Shown: piece by piece, positions 48,123 to 60,200 of the stretch
How positions within the stretch are numbered: the stretch's first letter is position 1
How the letters are laid out: every line of letters begins with the position of its first letter
Assembly: GCF_032444005.1 (NCBI RefSeq)
Contig: NC_091283.1
Coordinates: 159,030,001-159,094,000 of the forward strand
Length of the DNA stretch: 64,000 nucleotides
Source of the DNA: Ranitomeya imitator
Lineage: Eukaryota
Direction of reading: 5' to 3'
Notes under the pieces: generated by a model
What the model was told of the DNA's origin: nothing
Databases searched by the model: none
The model's input: the letters and a program-made list of their open reading frames with translations, nothing else
Position numbers and translations under genes: made by a program

Positions 48123-49539
48123 TGTCACGATTCACACCGTGACCGTCACCCCCTACGTCACGGGTCGGGGTGACTTTAGGCCAACAGACGGCTATCACAT
48201 GTGCAGGGGGCTTATCTTAGTTATCCCTCCACTCCACAATGTGATGAAAAAACACACACAAGGCTATTGACCTCTTAGTTTACAGCAGGGGCTTATTTTA
48301 GGTATCCCACTGCTCTTCAATATACCACGAACTGCAGGGATTTATGTATATCCCGCTTACAGTTCCACTTAAGACTTGCAGCTCTCTGGCGCCCCCTCCC
48401 CCCCTACTCTCAGGTCAGATTAGGTACTGCACCTGGGGTAATTAGTCGCCAGAAAGGCTGCCTGCTATGTACTGGCTATTGGGCACGCTGCAGCGATGCG
48501 ATAAACTACTCCCACTCAGGCAGGAACAATAATTATCAACGCCGCAGTTGCTACAACAACACCCAGAGGCCTGCACACGGTAAGCTGCCACCAGCTTCGA
48601 TTAAACGGGTCCGAAGCTAACCCAAAACAGTAGCGTAATTGCCTTCAGGAGACAGGGTACGTTTTAGAACAGGAGAACGAATCTAGTATATTAAATATTA
48701 TACTCCATAAATGATTTTCAGGCAGTGTTTATAAAAAGTTATATAAAGATGTTACAATATGAGACAATTGAAAAATATGTACAAGGTAATTATAAAATAA
48801 AGGGATTAAATAAGAAAAGGTACAACTCACATGTTCTTAGTTCATATCAGTTCAGGCAACCAGGCTAGGTCCATATGTCCCAGTGCATTAGGACTGGTTA
48901 GGAACAGCTCTTCAGGTCAGACTCACATGGCTTCCAGCAGCAGACTGACTGCTGGAGTCTGGCAAAACAGTTATAGCTCAGCTTGGTGACATCACCAAAA
49001 GGGCTGGCTATCCCAGACCCTCCTACCTTTTCAGTCTAACTAAATGTAAGCTAAATTTGTCTAAGGCTTGTAACTCCGCTACCGAACATGTCATGGTCAT
49101 AACAAACCCAGCATTCATCTCGTATTAACATTGGCATTCTAATGAGGTCAAATATGTCATATGTGTGATGCGTCATTACAGAGAAATCCCTACTTTTTTA
49201 CCTGATGGAGTTAGAAAATCAGGTTTACCGTGATGGATAGAGGCTCCGATGGACCTTAGCAATATCTAATTAATATTCTCTTACGCCCAGTAGTTGGCCC
49301 AATATCTTATCATATTGGAACAAAGGACTCTCATGGATTTCTGGAACTTCTAGACAGTTCTGCTAGAGGGAGATTTGAGCCTAGTCGTAAATACCTTTCA
49401 GCAATAAAACCCTCTTCCCCCATAGATTCCAACACAAAGAGACAAAGAGAGCTACCGAGAGAAGGGGAGGTTTAGCCCCCAGCATGAGCTGAAGGACAAA
49501 GCTACACCATCATATTATATTTCATACAATATTGTCACA
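48123..49539. mobile_element. Solo LTR (1417 bp)
   Basis: TG...CA termini (TGTCACG...TGTCACA). 5-bp TSD CCTTG at 48118-48122 and 49540-49544. No internal coding sequence. Confidence 0.8.
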
Positions 49540-49626
49540 CCTTGGAAAAGCATATTAGTCTCCCATAGATGAATAGATACGGGATATAAGAGGACAGCTC
49601 CAAAACTTTAGTAACTTTGCATCTTA

Positions 49627-50089
49627 GGCCGGCGTCACACTGGCGTATTGCATCCGATGCGAGATCATCGGATGCGATATGCTAATGACACTCGGCTCCT
49701 GCTCGCAGCAGAGCAGGAGCCGAGTGTCATGTGTCTGTGCTCCGATTCTTTTGCACAGGGAGGATCGGAGCACAGCTGCGGAGGAGGCGGAGAAATTAAT
49801 TTCTCCATCTCCTCCATTGCTGGGGTCCGCTTATAACGCACATCACTCAGATGATATCCGAGTGGTGTGCGCTGTTCTCACTCGCACCCATAGGCTTATA
49901 TGGGTGCGAGTGAGCTGAGAGTTTTCCCGAGACAATCGCAGCATGCTGCGATTGTCTCGGACCGAGGAAAATGGCTGACAAAAATTCGGCTGCTGGGAGC
50001 TGCCCCATAGCTTAACATTGGTCCGAGTGCAATGCGATTTTTTTATCGCATCGCACTCGACCGTTTAAAACGCCAGTGTGACTCCGGAC
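49627..50089. mobile_element. Harbinger-type MITE
   Basis: Starts TTA plus GGCCGGCGTCACACTGGCG and ends CGCCAGTGTGACTCCGGAC. Confidence 0.75.
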
Positions 50090-50502
50090 GTAGAGGAAAG
50101 TTACTCAAGTAAGTAAGTTCCTTAAACCCCATGAAAGATTTATGATGAGATTGGGAGATAACGTGACTGTAGTATTGAGGATCGGATGTTCTGCATTCAG
50201 TTTTCCCATATGAGGGGGGATATTGCTTTGTATTGATCGGTTTTTGCATCCCTGGTTTGCACTGAATGGTCATCGGGCATAGACATTACTGCACATGGAT
50301 GTTTTATGTGGCGTGGCAGCACTCAGACCAGGCTGCAATCTTGTAGCGGAGATCTCCTTGTGTCTGCTGTGGTTTGAAATGTGCTGACAGTACAGAAGTG
50401 ACAAGTTGTAAATCACTAATTGATGATGATCGTAATGGCTCATATAGTATGCAGCTCCTCTACACTTTTACATCTTTGCTCCAATGAACCCTTATGTGTA
50501 TA

Positions 50503-50552
50503 CTAGATGATGGCCCGATTCTAACGCATCGGGTATTCTAGAATTTTCAGGT
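50503..50552 (-). mobile_element. Helitron-like 3' terminus
   Basis: Minus strand: hairpin CCCGAT-GCGTTAGA-ATCGGG, then 7 nt, then CTAG followed by T. Confidence 0.7.
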
Positions 50553-52197
50553 CCACGTAGTATATTGCACAGCCCACGTAGTATATTGCACAGCCCACGT
50601 AGTATATTGCCCAGCCACGTACTATATTGCCCAGCCACGTAGTATATTGCCCAGCCACGTAGTATATTGCCCAGCCACGTAATATATTACCAAGCCGCGT
50701 AGTATATTGCCCAGCCACATAGTATATTGCACAGCGACATAGTATATTGCCCAGCCATGTAGTATATTGCCCAGCCACGTAGTATATTGCCCAGCCACGT
50801 AGTATATTGCCCAGCCATGTAGTATATTGCACAGTGACCTAGTATATTGCCTAGCCACGTAGTATATTGCCCAGCCACATAGTATATTGCACAGCGACGT
50901 AGTGTATTGCCCAGCCACGTAGTATATTGCCCAGCCACATAGTGTATTGCACAGTGACGTAGTATATTGCCTAGCCACGTAGTATATTGCCCAGTCACGT
51001 AGTATATTGCCCAGCCACGTTGTATATTGCTCAGCCACGTAGTATATTGCACAGCGACGTAGTATATTGCCCAGCCACGTAGTATATTGCCCAGCCACGT
51101 AGTATATTGCCCAGTCACGTAGTATATTGCCCAGTCACGTAGTATATTGCCCAGCCACATAGTATATTGCCCAGCCACGTAGTATATTGCCCAGCCACGT
51201 AGTATATTGCCCAGCCAAGTAGTATATTGCACAGTGACGTAGTATATTGCCTAGCCACGTAGTATATTGCCCAGTTACATAATATATTGCCCAGTCACGT
51301 AGTATATTGCCCAGCCACGTAGTATATTGCACAGCGACGTAGTATATTGCCCAGCCACGTAGTATATTGCCCAGTCACGTAGTATATTGCCCAGTCACGT
51401 AGTATATTGCCCAGGCACATAGTACATTGCCCAGCCACGTAGTATATTGGCCAGCCACGTAGTATATTGCCCAGCGACGTAGTATATTGCCCAGTCACGT
51501 AGTATATTGTCCAGCAACGTAGTATATTGCCCAGCGACGTAGTATTCAGCACAGAGCCACGTAGTATATTGCCCAGTCACGTAGTATATTGCCCAGCCAC
51601 GTACTATATTGCCCAGTCACGTAGTATATTGCCTAGCCATGTAGTATATTGCCCAGCCATGTAGTATATTGCCCAGTCATGTAGTATACGTAGTATATTG
51701 CCCAGCCACGTAGTATATTTCCAGCCACGTAGTATATTGGCCAGTCACATAGTATATTGCCCAGTCACGTAGTATATTGCCCAGCCACGTAGTACATTGC
51801 CCAGCCACATAGTATATTGCACAGCGACATAGTATATTGCCCAGCCACGTAGTATATTGCCCAGCCACGTAGTATATTGCACAGTGACGTAATATATAGC
51901 CTAGCCACGTAGTATATTGCCCAGCCACGTAGTATATTGCCCAGCCACATAGTATATTGCACAGCGACGTAGTGTATTGCCCAGCCATGTAGTATATTGC
52001 CCAGCCATGTAGTGTATTGCACAGTGACGTAGTATATTGCCTAGCCACGTAGTATATTGCCCAGTCACGTAGTATATTGCCCAGTCACGTAGTATATTGC
52101 CCAGCCACGTAGTATATTGCTCAGCCACGTACTATATTGCACAGCGAAGTAGTATATTGCCCAGCCACGTAGTACATTGCCCAGCCACGTAGTACAT
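50553..52197. repeat. 20-bp minisatellite (CACGTAGTATATTGCCCAGC), about 80 copies, inside the Helitron-like element; cut off by a Gypsy LTR
   Basis: Directly visible. Ends at the TG of the LTR at 52198. Confidence 0.97.
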
Positions 52198-53124
52198 TGT
52201 TGAGAATTCCGCTCTTGGGCTCCCTCAGGTGGTTGTAAGTGGCACTTTTGTGAGTTCTGCTCTTGGGCTCCCTCTTGTGGTTTCTAGTGGTATGGCTGCT
52301 CCTTGGAGTTAGCTGTCATCAGCTGCCTCCACTTATCGTCTCTTCTGCTTGGCTATTTAGGCCTGGCTCTTTCTTCAGCCAGTGCCACTTGTAAATGGTT
52401 CCTGGTTGGATTCACATCTCTTTGGAATTCCCTGACCAGTTCAGCAAAGCTAAGTTTTTGCTTGCTCTTTTCTGTCCATAGATTGTGGACTTATCCATTC
52501 TGTGCTTTCTATGTTTGTCCAGCTTATCAGTGTGAATTAATTCTGTCTTGCTGGAAGCTCTGGGAGGCAGATTTGCCCTCCACACCTTTAGTCAGGTGTG
52601 GAGATTTTTTTTGTAAACTCTGCGTGGATTTTTGTAGTGTTTTATACTGACCGCACAGTATTCCATCCGGTCCTATCTATTTAGCTAGACTGGCCTCCTG
52701 TGCTCATCCTGGTTTCATTCTGTGTATGTCTTTTCCCTCTCCACTCACAGTCATTATTTGTGGGGGGCTAATCTATCCTTTGGGGATTTTCTCGGAGGCA
52801 AGATAGCTTTCCTGCTTCTTTCTTTAGGGGTAGTTAGCTCTTAGGCTGTGACGAGATGCCTAGGGAGAGTTAGGAGCATTCCACGGCTACTTTTAGTGTT
52901 GTGTTGAGCTTAGGGCCTGCGGTCAGTACAGTTACCACTTCCTTCAGAGCTCATTCCATGTTGCTCCTAGACCACCGTATCACAACAGTACAAGTGGCCA
53001 AAAATGAATTAAATGCATCTTAAAAGAAGGAAAAGAAAGTTCTGAACCATTTTTTTTTTTCTGTGCTCTGGTTTGTCTTTTTTTTCCTCTTGATATCTGG
53101 GTGGTTCAGGATATATGCTTTGGT

Positions 53125-56100
53125 ATGGATGTTCAGGGTTTGTTTTCTCGTGTGGATCAACTTGCTGCAAGAGTACAGAGTATCCAGGACTATGTTGTCT
53201 AGACTCCGGCTTTAGAGCCTAGAATTCCTACTCCTGATTTGTTGTTTGGGGACAGATCCAAGTTTTTGAACTTTAAAAATAACTGCAAATTGTTTTTTGC
53301 TTTGAAACCCTGTTCTTCTGGTGATCCCATTCAGCAAGTAAAAATCATCATATCCTTGCTGCGTGGTGACCCTCAAGACTGGGCTTTTTCTCTTGAAACA
53401 GGGGATCCGGCATTATTGAATGTAGATGCATTTTTTCAAGCGCTCGGATTATTGTATGACGAACCTAATTCTGTGGATCATGCAGAAAAAGCCCTGTTGG
53501 CCTTGTGTCAAGGTCAGGAAGCGGCAGAGTTATACTGCCAGAAATTTAGAAAATGGTCTGTGCTCACTGAATGGAATGAAGAGGCTCTGGCTGCTATTTT
53601 CAGAAAAGGTCTTTCTGAAACCCTTAAAGATGTTACGGTGGGCTTTCCTACGCCTGCCGGTTTGAGCGAATCTATGTCTCTAGCCATTCAGATTGATCGG
53701 CGTCTGCGCGAGCGCAAAGCTGTGCACCATATGGCAGTATCCTCTGAGCAAAGTCCTGAACCTATGCAATGTGATAGGATTTTGACTAGAATAGAACGGC
53801 AGGAATTCAGACGTCAGAATAGGCTGTGTTTTTACTGTGGTGATTCGGCTCATGTTATCTCTGATTGCCCTAAGCGTACTAAGAGAGTCGCTAGGTCTGT
53901 TACCATTAGTACTATACAGCCTAAATTTCTCTTATTTGTGACCCTGATTTGCTCATTGTCGTCCTTTTCTGTCATGGCATTTGTGGATTCAGGCGCTGCC
54001 CTGAACTTAATGGACTTAGAATTTGCCAGGCGCTGTGGTTTTTCCTTGCAGCCTTTGCAGAGCCCTATTCCTTTGAGGGGTATTGATGCTACACCCTTGG
54101 CCAAGGATAAACCTCAGTACTGGACACAGATGACTATGTAAATGGCTCCTGCACATCAGGAAGATTGCCGTTTTCTGGTGTTGCATAATCTGCATGATGT
54201 TGTTGTACTGGGATTTCCATGGTTACAGGAACATAATCCGGTGCTGGATTGGAAAACTATGTCGGTGACTAGTTGGGGTTGTCGAGGAGTACATAGTGAC
54301 GTTCCTTTGATGTCAATTTCCTCTTCCACCTCTTCTGAGGTCCCTGAGTTTTTGTCGGATTTCCAGGATGTATTTGATGAGCCCAAGTCCAGTTCCCTTC
54401 CTCCGCACAGGGACTGTGATTGTGCTATTAACTTGATTCCTGGTTGCAAGTTCCCTAAGGGCCGACTTTTCAATCTGTCTGTGCCAGAGCATGCCGCCAT
54501 ACGGAGTTATGTTAAGGAGTCTTTGGAGAAGGGGCATATTCGTCCCTCTTCGTCACCATTGGGAGCGGGTTTCTTTTTTGTTGCTAAGAAGGATGGCTCC
54601 TTGAGACCCTGTATTGATTATCGTCTTCCTAATAAGATCACGGTCAAATTCCAATACCCCTTGCCTTTGCTTACTGATTTGTTTGCTCAGATTAAGGGGG
54701 CTAGTTGGTTTACTAAGATTGACCTCCGAGGGGCATATAATCTTGTTCGTATTAAACAGGGTGACGAATGGAAAACTGCATTTAATATGCCCGAAGGCCA
54801 TTTTGAATACCTTGTGATGCCATTTGGGCTCTCTAATCCTCCATCTGTGTTCCAGTCTTTCATGCATGATATTTTCCGCAATTATCTTGATAAATTCATG
54901 GTCGTATATTTGGATGATATTTTGATTTTTTCCAATGATTGGGAGTCTCATGTGAAGCAGGTCAGGATGGTGTTCCAGATCCTTCGTGATAATGCTTTAT
55001 TTGTGAAGGGGTCTAAGTGCCTATTTGGAGTTCAGAAGGTCTCTTTTTTGGGTTTTATTTTTTCTCCCTCGTCTATAGAAATGGATCCTGTTAAGGTCCA
55101 AGCTATTCATGACTGGATCCAACCCACATCTGTGAAGGGTCTTTAAAAATTTTTGGGCTTTGCTAATTTCTATCGCCGTTTCATTGCCAACTTTTCCAGT
55201 GTGGTTAAGCCCCTTACTGATTTGACGAAGAAAGGCGCTGATGTGACGAATTGGTCCTCTGAGGCTGTTGAGGCCTTTCAGGAGCTTAAACGCCGATTTA
55301 CTTCTGCCCCTGTGTTGCGTCAACCGGATGTTTCTCTTCCTTTTCAGGTTGAGGTCGACGCTTCTGAGATTGGGGCAGGGGCCGTTTTGTCTCAGAGGGA
55401 GTCTGATGGTTCTTTGATGAAACCGTGTGCTGTTTTTTCCAGAAAGTTTTCGCCTGCGAAACGCAATTATGATGTCGGCAATCGGGAGTTGTTGGCTATG
55501 AAGTGGGCGTTTGAGGAGTGGCGACATTGGCTTGAGGGAGCTAAACACCGTGTTGTGGTCCTGACCGATCATAAGAATCTGATTTACCTCGAGTCGGCCA
55601 AGCGGCTGAATCCTAGACAGGCTCGATGGTCCCTGTTTTTCTCCCATTTTGATTTTGTGGTCTCGTATCTTCCGGGATCTAAGAATGTTAAGGCTGATGC
55701 CCTCTCTAGGAGTTTTTCGCCTGATTCTCCTGGAGTCCTGGAGCCGGTTGGCATTCTTAAGGAGGGGATGATTCTTTCTGCTATCTCCCCTGATTTGCGG
55801 CGGGTGCTTCAGGAATTTCAGGCTGATAGGCCTGACCGCTGTCCAGTGGGGAAGCTGTTTGTTCCTGATAGATGGACAAGTAAGGTAATTTCTGAGGTTC
55901 ATTGTTCAGTGTTGGCTGGTCATCCTGGGATTTTTAGTACCAGAGATTTGGTTGCTAGGTCCTTTTGGTGGCCTTCCTTGTCTCGCGATGTGCGTGCTTT
56001 TGTGCAGTCCTGTGGGACTTGCGCCCGGGCCAAGCCTTGCTGTTCCCGCGCTAGTGGGTTGCTTTTGCCTGAGAGGCCCTGGACGCATATTTCCATGGAT

Positions 56101-57173
56101 TATATTTTGGCTCTTCCTGTTTCCCAGAAGATGTCTGTTATCTGAGTTGTTTGTGACCGGTTCTCTAAAATGGTCCATCTGGTACCTTTGCCTAAGTTGC
56201 ATTCCTCCTCAGATCTGGTTCCATTGTTTTTTCAGCATGTGGTTCGTTTGCATGGCATTCCGGAGAATATTGTGTCTGACAGAGGTTCTCAGTTAGTCTC
56301 TAGATTTTGGCGGGCCTTTTGTGCTAGGATGGGCATTGATTTATCTTTTTCTTCGTCGTTTCATCCTCAGACTAATGGCCAAACTGAGCGAACTAATCAG
56401 ACCTTGGAGACCTATTTGAGATGCTTTGTGTCTGCTGATCAGGATGATTGGGTGTCTTTCTTGCCGTTGGCCGAGTTTGCCCTTAATAATCGGGCTAGTT
56501 CGGCTACTTTGGTTTCACCTTTCTTTTGTAATTTTGGTTTTCATCCTCGTTTTTCTTCTGGGCAGGTTGAGCCTTCTGATTGTCCTGGTGTTAATTCTGT
56601 GGTGGACAGGCTGCAGCAGATTTGGACTCATGTGGTGGACAATTTGACGTTGTCTCAGGAAAGGGCTCAACGTTTTGCTAACCGCCGTCGGCGTGTTGGT
56701 CCCCGGCTTCGTGTGGGGGATTTGGTTTGGTTGTCTTCTCGTCATGTTCTTATGAAGGTTTCTTTTCCTAAGTTTAAGCCTCGGTTTATTGGTCCTTATA
56801 AAATTTCTGAAATTATTAATCCGGTGTCTTTTCGTTTGGCTCTTCCTGCCTCTTTTGCCATTCATGATGTTTTCCATAGATCTTTGTTGCGGAGATATGT
56901 GGTGCCCGTTGTTCCCTCGGTTGACCCTCCTGCCCCGGTGTTGGTTGAGGGAGAGTTGGAATACGAGGTTGAGAAGATTTTGGATTCTCGTTTTTCGAGG
57001 CGGAGGCTTCAGTATCTTGTCAAGTGGAAGGGTTATGGCCAGGAGGATAATTCTTGGGTTGTTGCCTCCGATGTCCATGCTACCGATTTGGTCCGTGCTT
57101 TTCACTTGGCTCATCCTGATCGGCCTGGGGGCTCTGGTGAGGGTTCGGTGACCCCTCCTCAAGGGGGGGGTAC
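53125..57173 (+). pseudogene. Gag-pol of Gypsy element 1 with several in-frame stops
   Basis: MDVQG start, CCHC knuckle CFYCGDSAHVISDC, protease FVDSGA, RT YLDD, RNase H EVDAS, IN HCC/DDE, chromodomain EYEVEKILDSR...YLVKWKGY...NSW. Stops near 53200, 54139, 55144 and 56143. Confidence 0.92.
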
Positions 57174-57247
57174 TGTTGTAAATTCCGCTCTTGGGCTCCC
57201 TCCGGTGGTTGTAAGTGGCACTTTTGTGAGTTCTGCTCTTGGGCTCC

Positions 57248-60200
57248 TGTTATGAATAGGTAATTCAGAACCGCAATGGACCTTGAAGTTCAGAGCACAC
57301 AAGTGACCTGACAAAAACCACAAAACATAAGACGAGCTCTGAGACGTGGGAACTCTGCTGACCGCAATCCCTAAACCTATCAAACCACACTAGAGGTAGC
57401 CGTGGATTGCGCCTAACGCTCCCTATGCAACTCGGCACAGCCTGAGAAACTAGCTAGCCTGAAGATAGAAAAATAAGTCTACCTTGCCTCAGAGAAATTC
57501 CCCAAAGGAAAAGGCAGCCCCCCACATATAATGACTGTGAGTAAGATGAAAATACAAACACAGAGATGAAATAGATTTAGCAAAGTGAGGCCCGACTTAC
57601 TGAATAGACCGAGGATAGGAAAGATAGCTTTGCGGTCAACACAAAAACCTACAAACAACCACGCAGAGGGGCAAAAAGACCCTCCGCACCGACTAACGGT
57701 ACGGAGGTGCTCCCTCTGCGTCTCAGAGCTTCCAGCAAGCAAGCAAAACCAAAAAAGCAAGCTGGACAGAAAATATAGCAACAAAAGTAACACAAGCAGA
57801 ACTTAGCTTATGCTGAGCAGACAGGCCACAGGAACGATCCAGGAGGAAGCAAGACCAATACTAGAACATTGACTGGAGGCCAGGATCAAAGCACTAGGTG
57901 GAGTTAAATAGAGCAGCACCTAACGACTTAACCTCATCACCTGAGGAAGGAAACTCAGAAGCCGCAGTACCACTCGTGACCACAGGAGGGAGCTTGATCA
58001 CAGAATTCACAACAGTACCCCCCCCTTGAGGAGGGATCACCGAACCCTCACCAGAGCCCCCAGGCCGACCAGGATGAGCCATATGAAAGGCACGAACAAG
58101 ATCGGTAGCATGGACATCAGAGGCAAAGACCCAGGAATTATCTTCCTGATCATAACCCTTCCACTTAACCAGATACTGGAGTTTCCGTCTCGAAACACAA
58201 GAATCCAAAATCTTCTCCACAATATACTCCAACTCCCCCTCCACCAAAACCGGGGCAGGAGGATCAACAGATGGAACCACAGGCGCCACGTATCTCCGCA
58301 ACAATGACCTATGGAATACGTTATGGATGGAAAAAGAATCCGGAAGGGTCAAACGAAAAAACACAGGATTAAGAACCTCAGAAATCCTATACGGACCAAT
58401 GAAACAAGGCTTAAATTTAGGAGAGGAAACCTTCATAGGAATATAACGAGATGACAACCAAACCAAATCCCCAACACGAAGTCGGGGACCCACACAGCGT
58501 CTGCGATTAGCGAAACGTTGAGCCTTCTCCTGGGACAAGGTCAAATTGTCCACTACATGAGTCCAAATCCGCTGCAACCTGTCCACCACAGTATCCACAC
58601 CAGGACAGTCCGAAGACTCAACCTGCCCTGAAGAGAAACGAGGATGGAACCCAGAATTGCAGAAAAACGGTGAAACCAAGGTAGCCGAGCTGGCCCGATT
58701 ATTAAGAGCGAACTCAGCCAACGGCAAAAAGGACACCCAATCATCCTGATCAGCAGAAACAAAACATCTCAGATATGTTTCCAAGGTCTGATTGGTTCGT
58801 TCAGTCTGGCCATTTGTCTGAGGATGGAAAGCCGAGGAAAAAGACAAATCAATGCCCATCCTAGCACAAAAGGCTCGCCAAAACCTTGAAACAAACTGGG
58901 AACCTCTGTCAGAAACGATGTTCTCTGGAATACCATGTAAACGAACCACATGCTGGAAGAACAATGGCACCAAATCAGAGGAGGAAGGTAATTTAGACAA
59001 GGGTACCAAATGGATCATCTTAGAGAAGCGATCACAAACTACCCAAATGACCGACATTTTTTGAGAGACGGGGAGATCCGAAATAAAATCCATAGAGATA
59101 TGTGTCCAAGGCCTCTTCGGGATCGGCAAGGGCAAAAGCAACCCACTGGCACGAGAACAGCAGGGCTTAGCCCGAGCACAAATCCCACAGGACTGCACAA
59201 AAGAACGCACATCCCGCGACAGAGACGGCCACCAAAAGGATCTAGCCACCAAATCTCTGGTACCAAAGATTCCAGGATGACCAGCCAACACCGAACAATG
59301 AACCTCAGAGATAACTTTATTCGTCCACCTATCAGGGACAAACAGTTTCTCTGCTGGGCAACGATCAGGTTTATTAGCCTGAAATTTTTGCAGCACCCGC
59401 CGCAAATCAGGGGAGATGGCAGACACAATTACTCCCTCTTTGAGAATACCCGCCGGCTCAGGCAAACCCGGAGAGTCGGGCACAAAACTCCTAGACAGGG
59501 CATCCGCCTTCACATTTTTAGAGCCCGGAAGGTACGAAACCACAAAGTCAAAACGGGAGAAAAACAGCGACCAACGAGCCTGTCTAGGATTCAATCGTTT
59601 GGCAGACTCGAGATAAGTCAAGTTCTTGTGATCAGTCAAGACCACCACGCGATGCTTAGCTCCTTCAAGCCAATGACGCCACTCCTCGAATGCCCACTTC
59701 ATGGCCAGCAACTCTCAATTGCCAACATCATAATTTCGCTCAGCAGGCGAAAATTTCCTGGAAAAGAAGGCGCATGGCTTCATCACCGAGCAATCAGCAC
59801 CTCTTTGCGACAAAACAGCCCCTGCTCCAATTTCAGAAGCATCAACCTCAACCTGGAACGGAAGCGAAACATCTGGTTGACACAACACAGGGGCAGAAGA
59901 AAAACGACGCTTTAACTCTTGAAAAGCTTCCACAGCAGCAGAAGACCAATTGACCACATCAGCACTCTTCTTGGTCAAATCGGTCAATGGTTTAGCAATA
60001 CTAGAAAAATTACAGATGAAGCGACGATAAAAATTAGCAAAGCCAAGGAACTTTTGCAGACTCTTCAGAGATGTTGGCTGAGTCCAATCATAAATGGCCT
60101 GGACCTTAACAGGGTCCATCTCGATGGTAGAAGGGGAAAAAATGAACCCCAAAAATGAAACCTTCTGAACACCAAAGAGACACTTTGATCCCTTCACAAA

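Noticed and set aside
50521-52128. ORFs built of AIYYVAGQYTTWLGNILRGW repeats
   Set aside because: Translations of the 20-bp minisatellite.
52988-53000. Conventional tRNA primer-binding site
   Set aside because: It does not begin with TGG within the usual distance of the LTR end, and it is better explained by complementarity to the element's own LTR. A formal tRNA search was not possible.
55021-59915. Long antisense ORFs (293, 215 and 301 aa) opposite Gypsy pol
   Set aside because: They are shadows of the coding strand's codon bias. They are not preserved end-to-end between the two related elements and have no independent domain signal.
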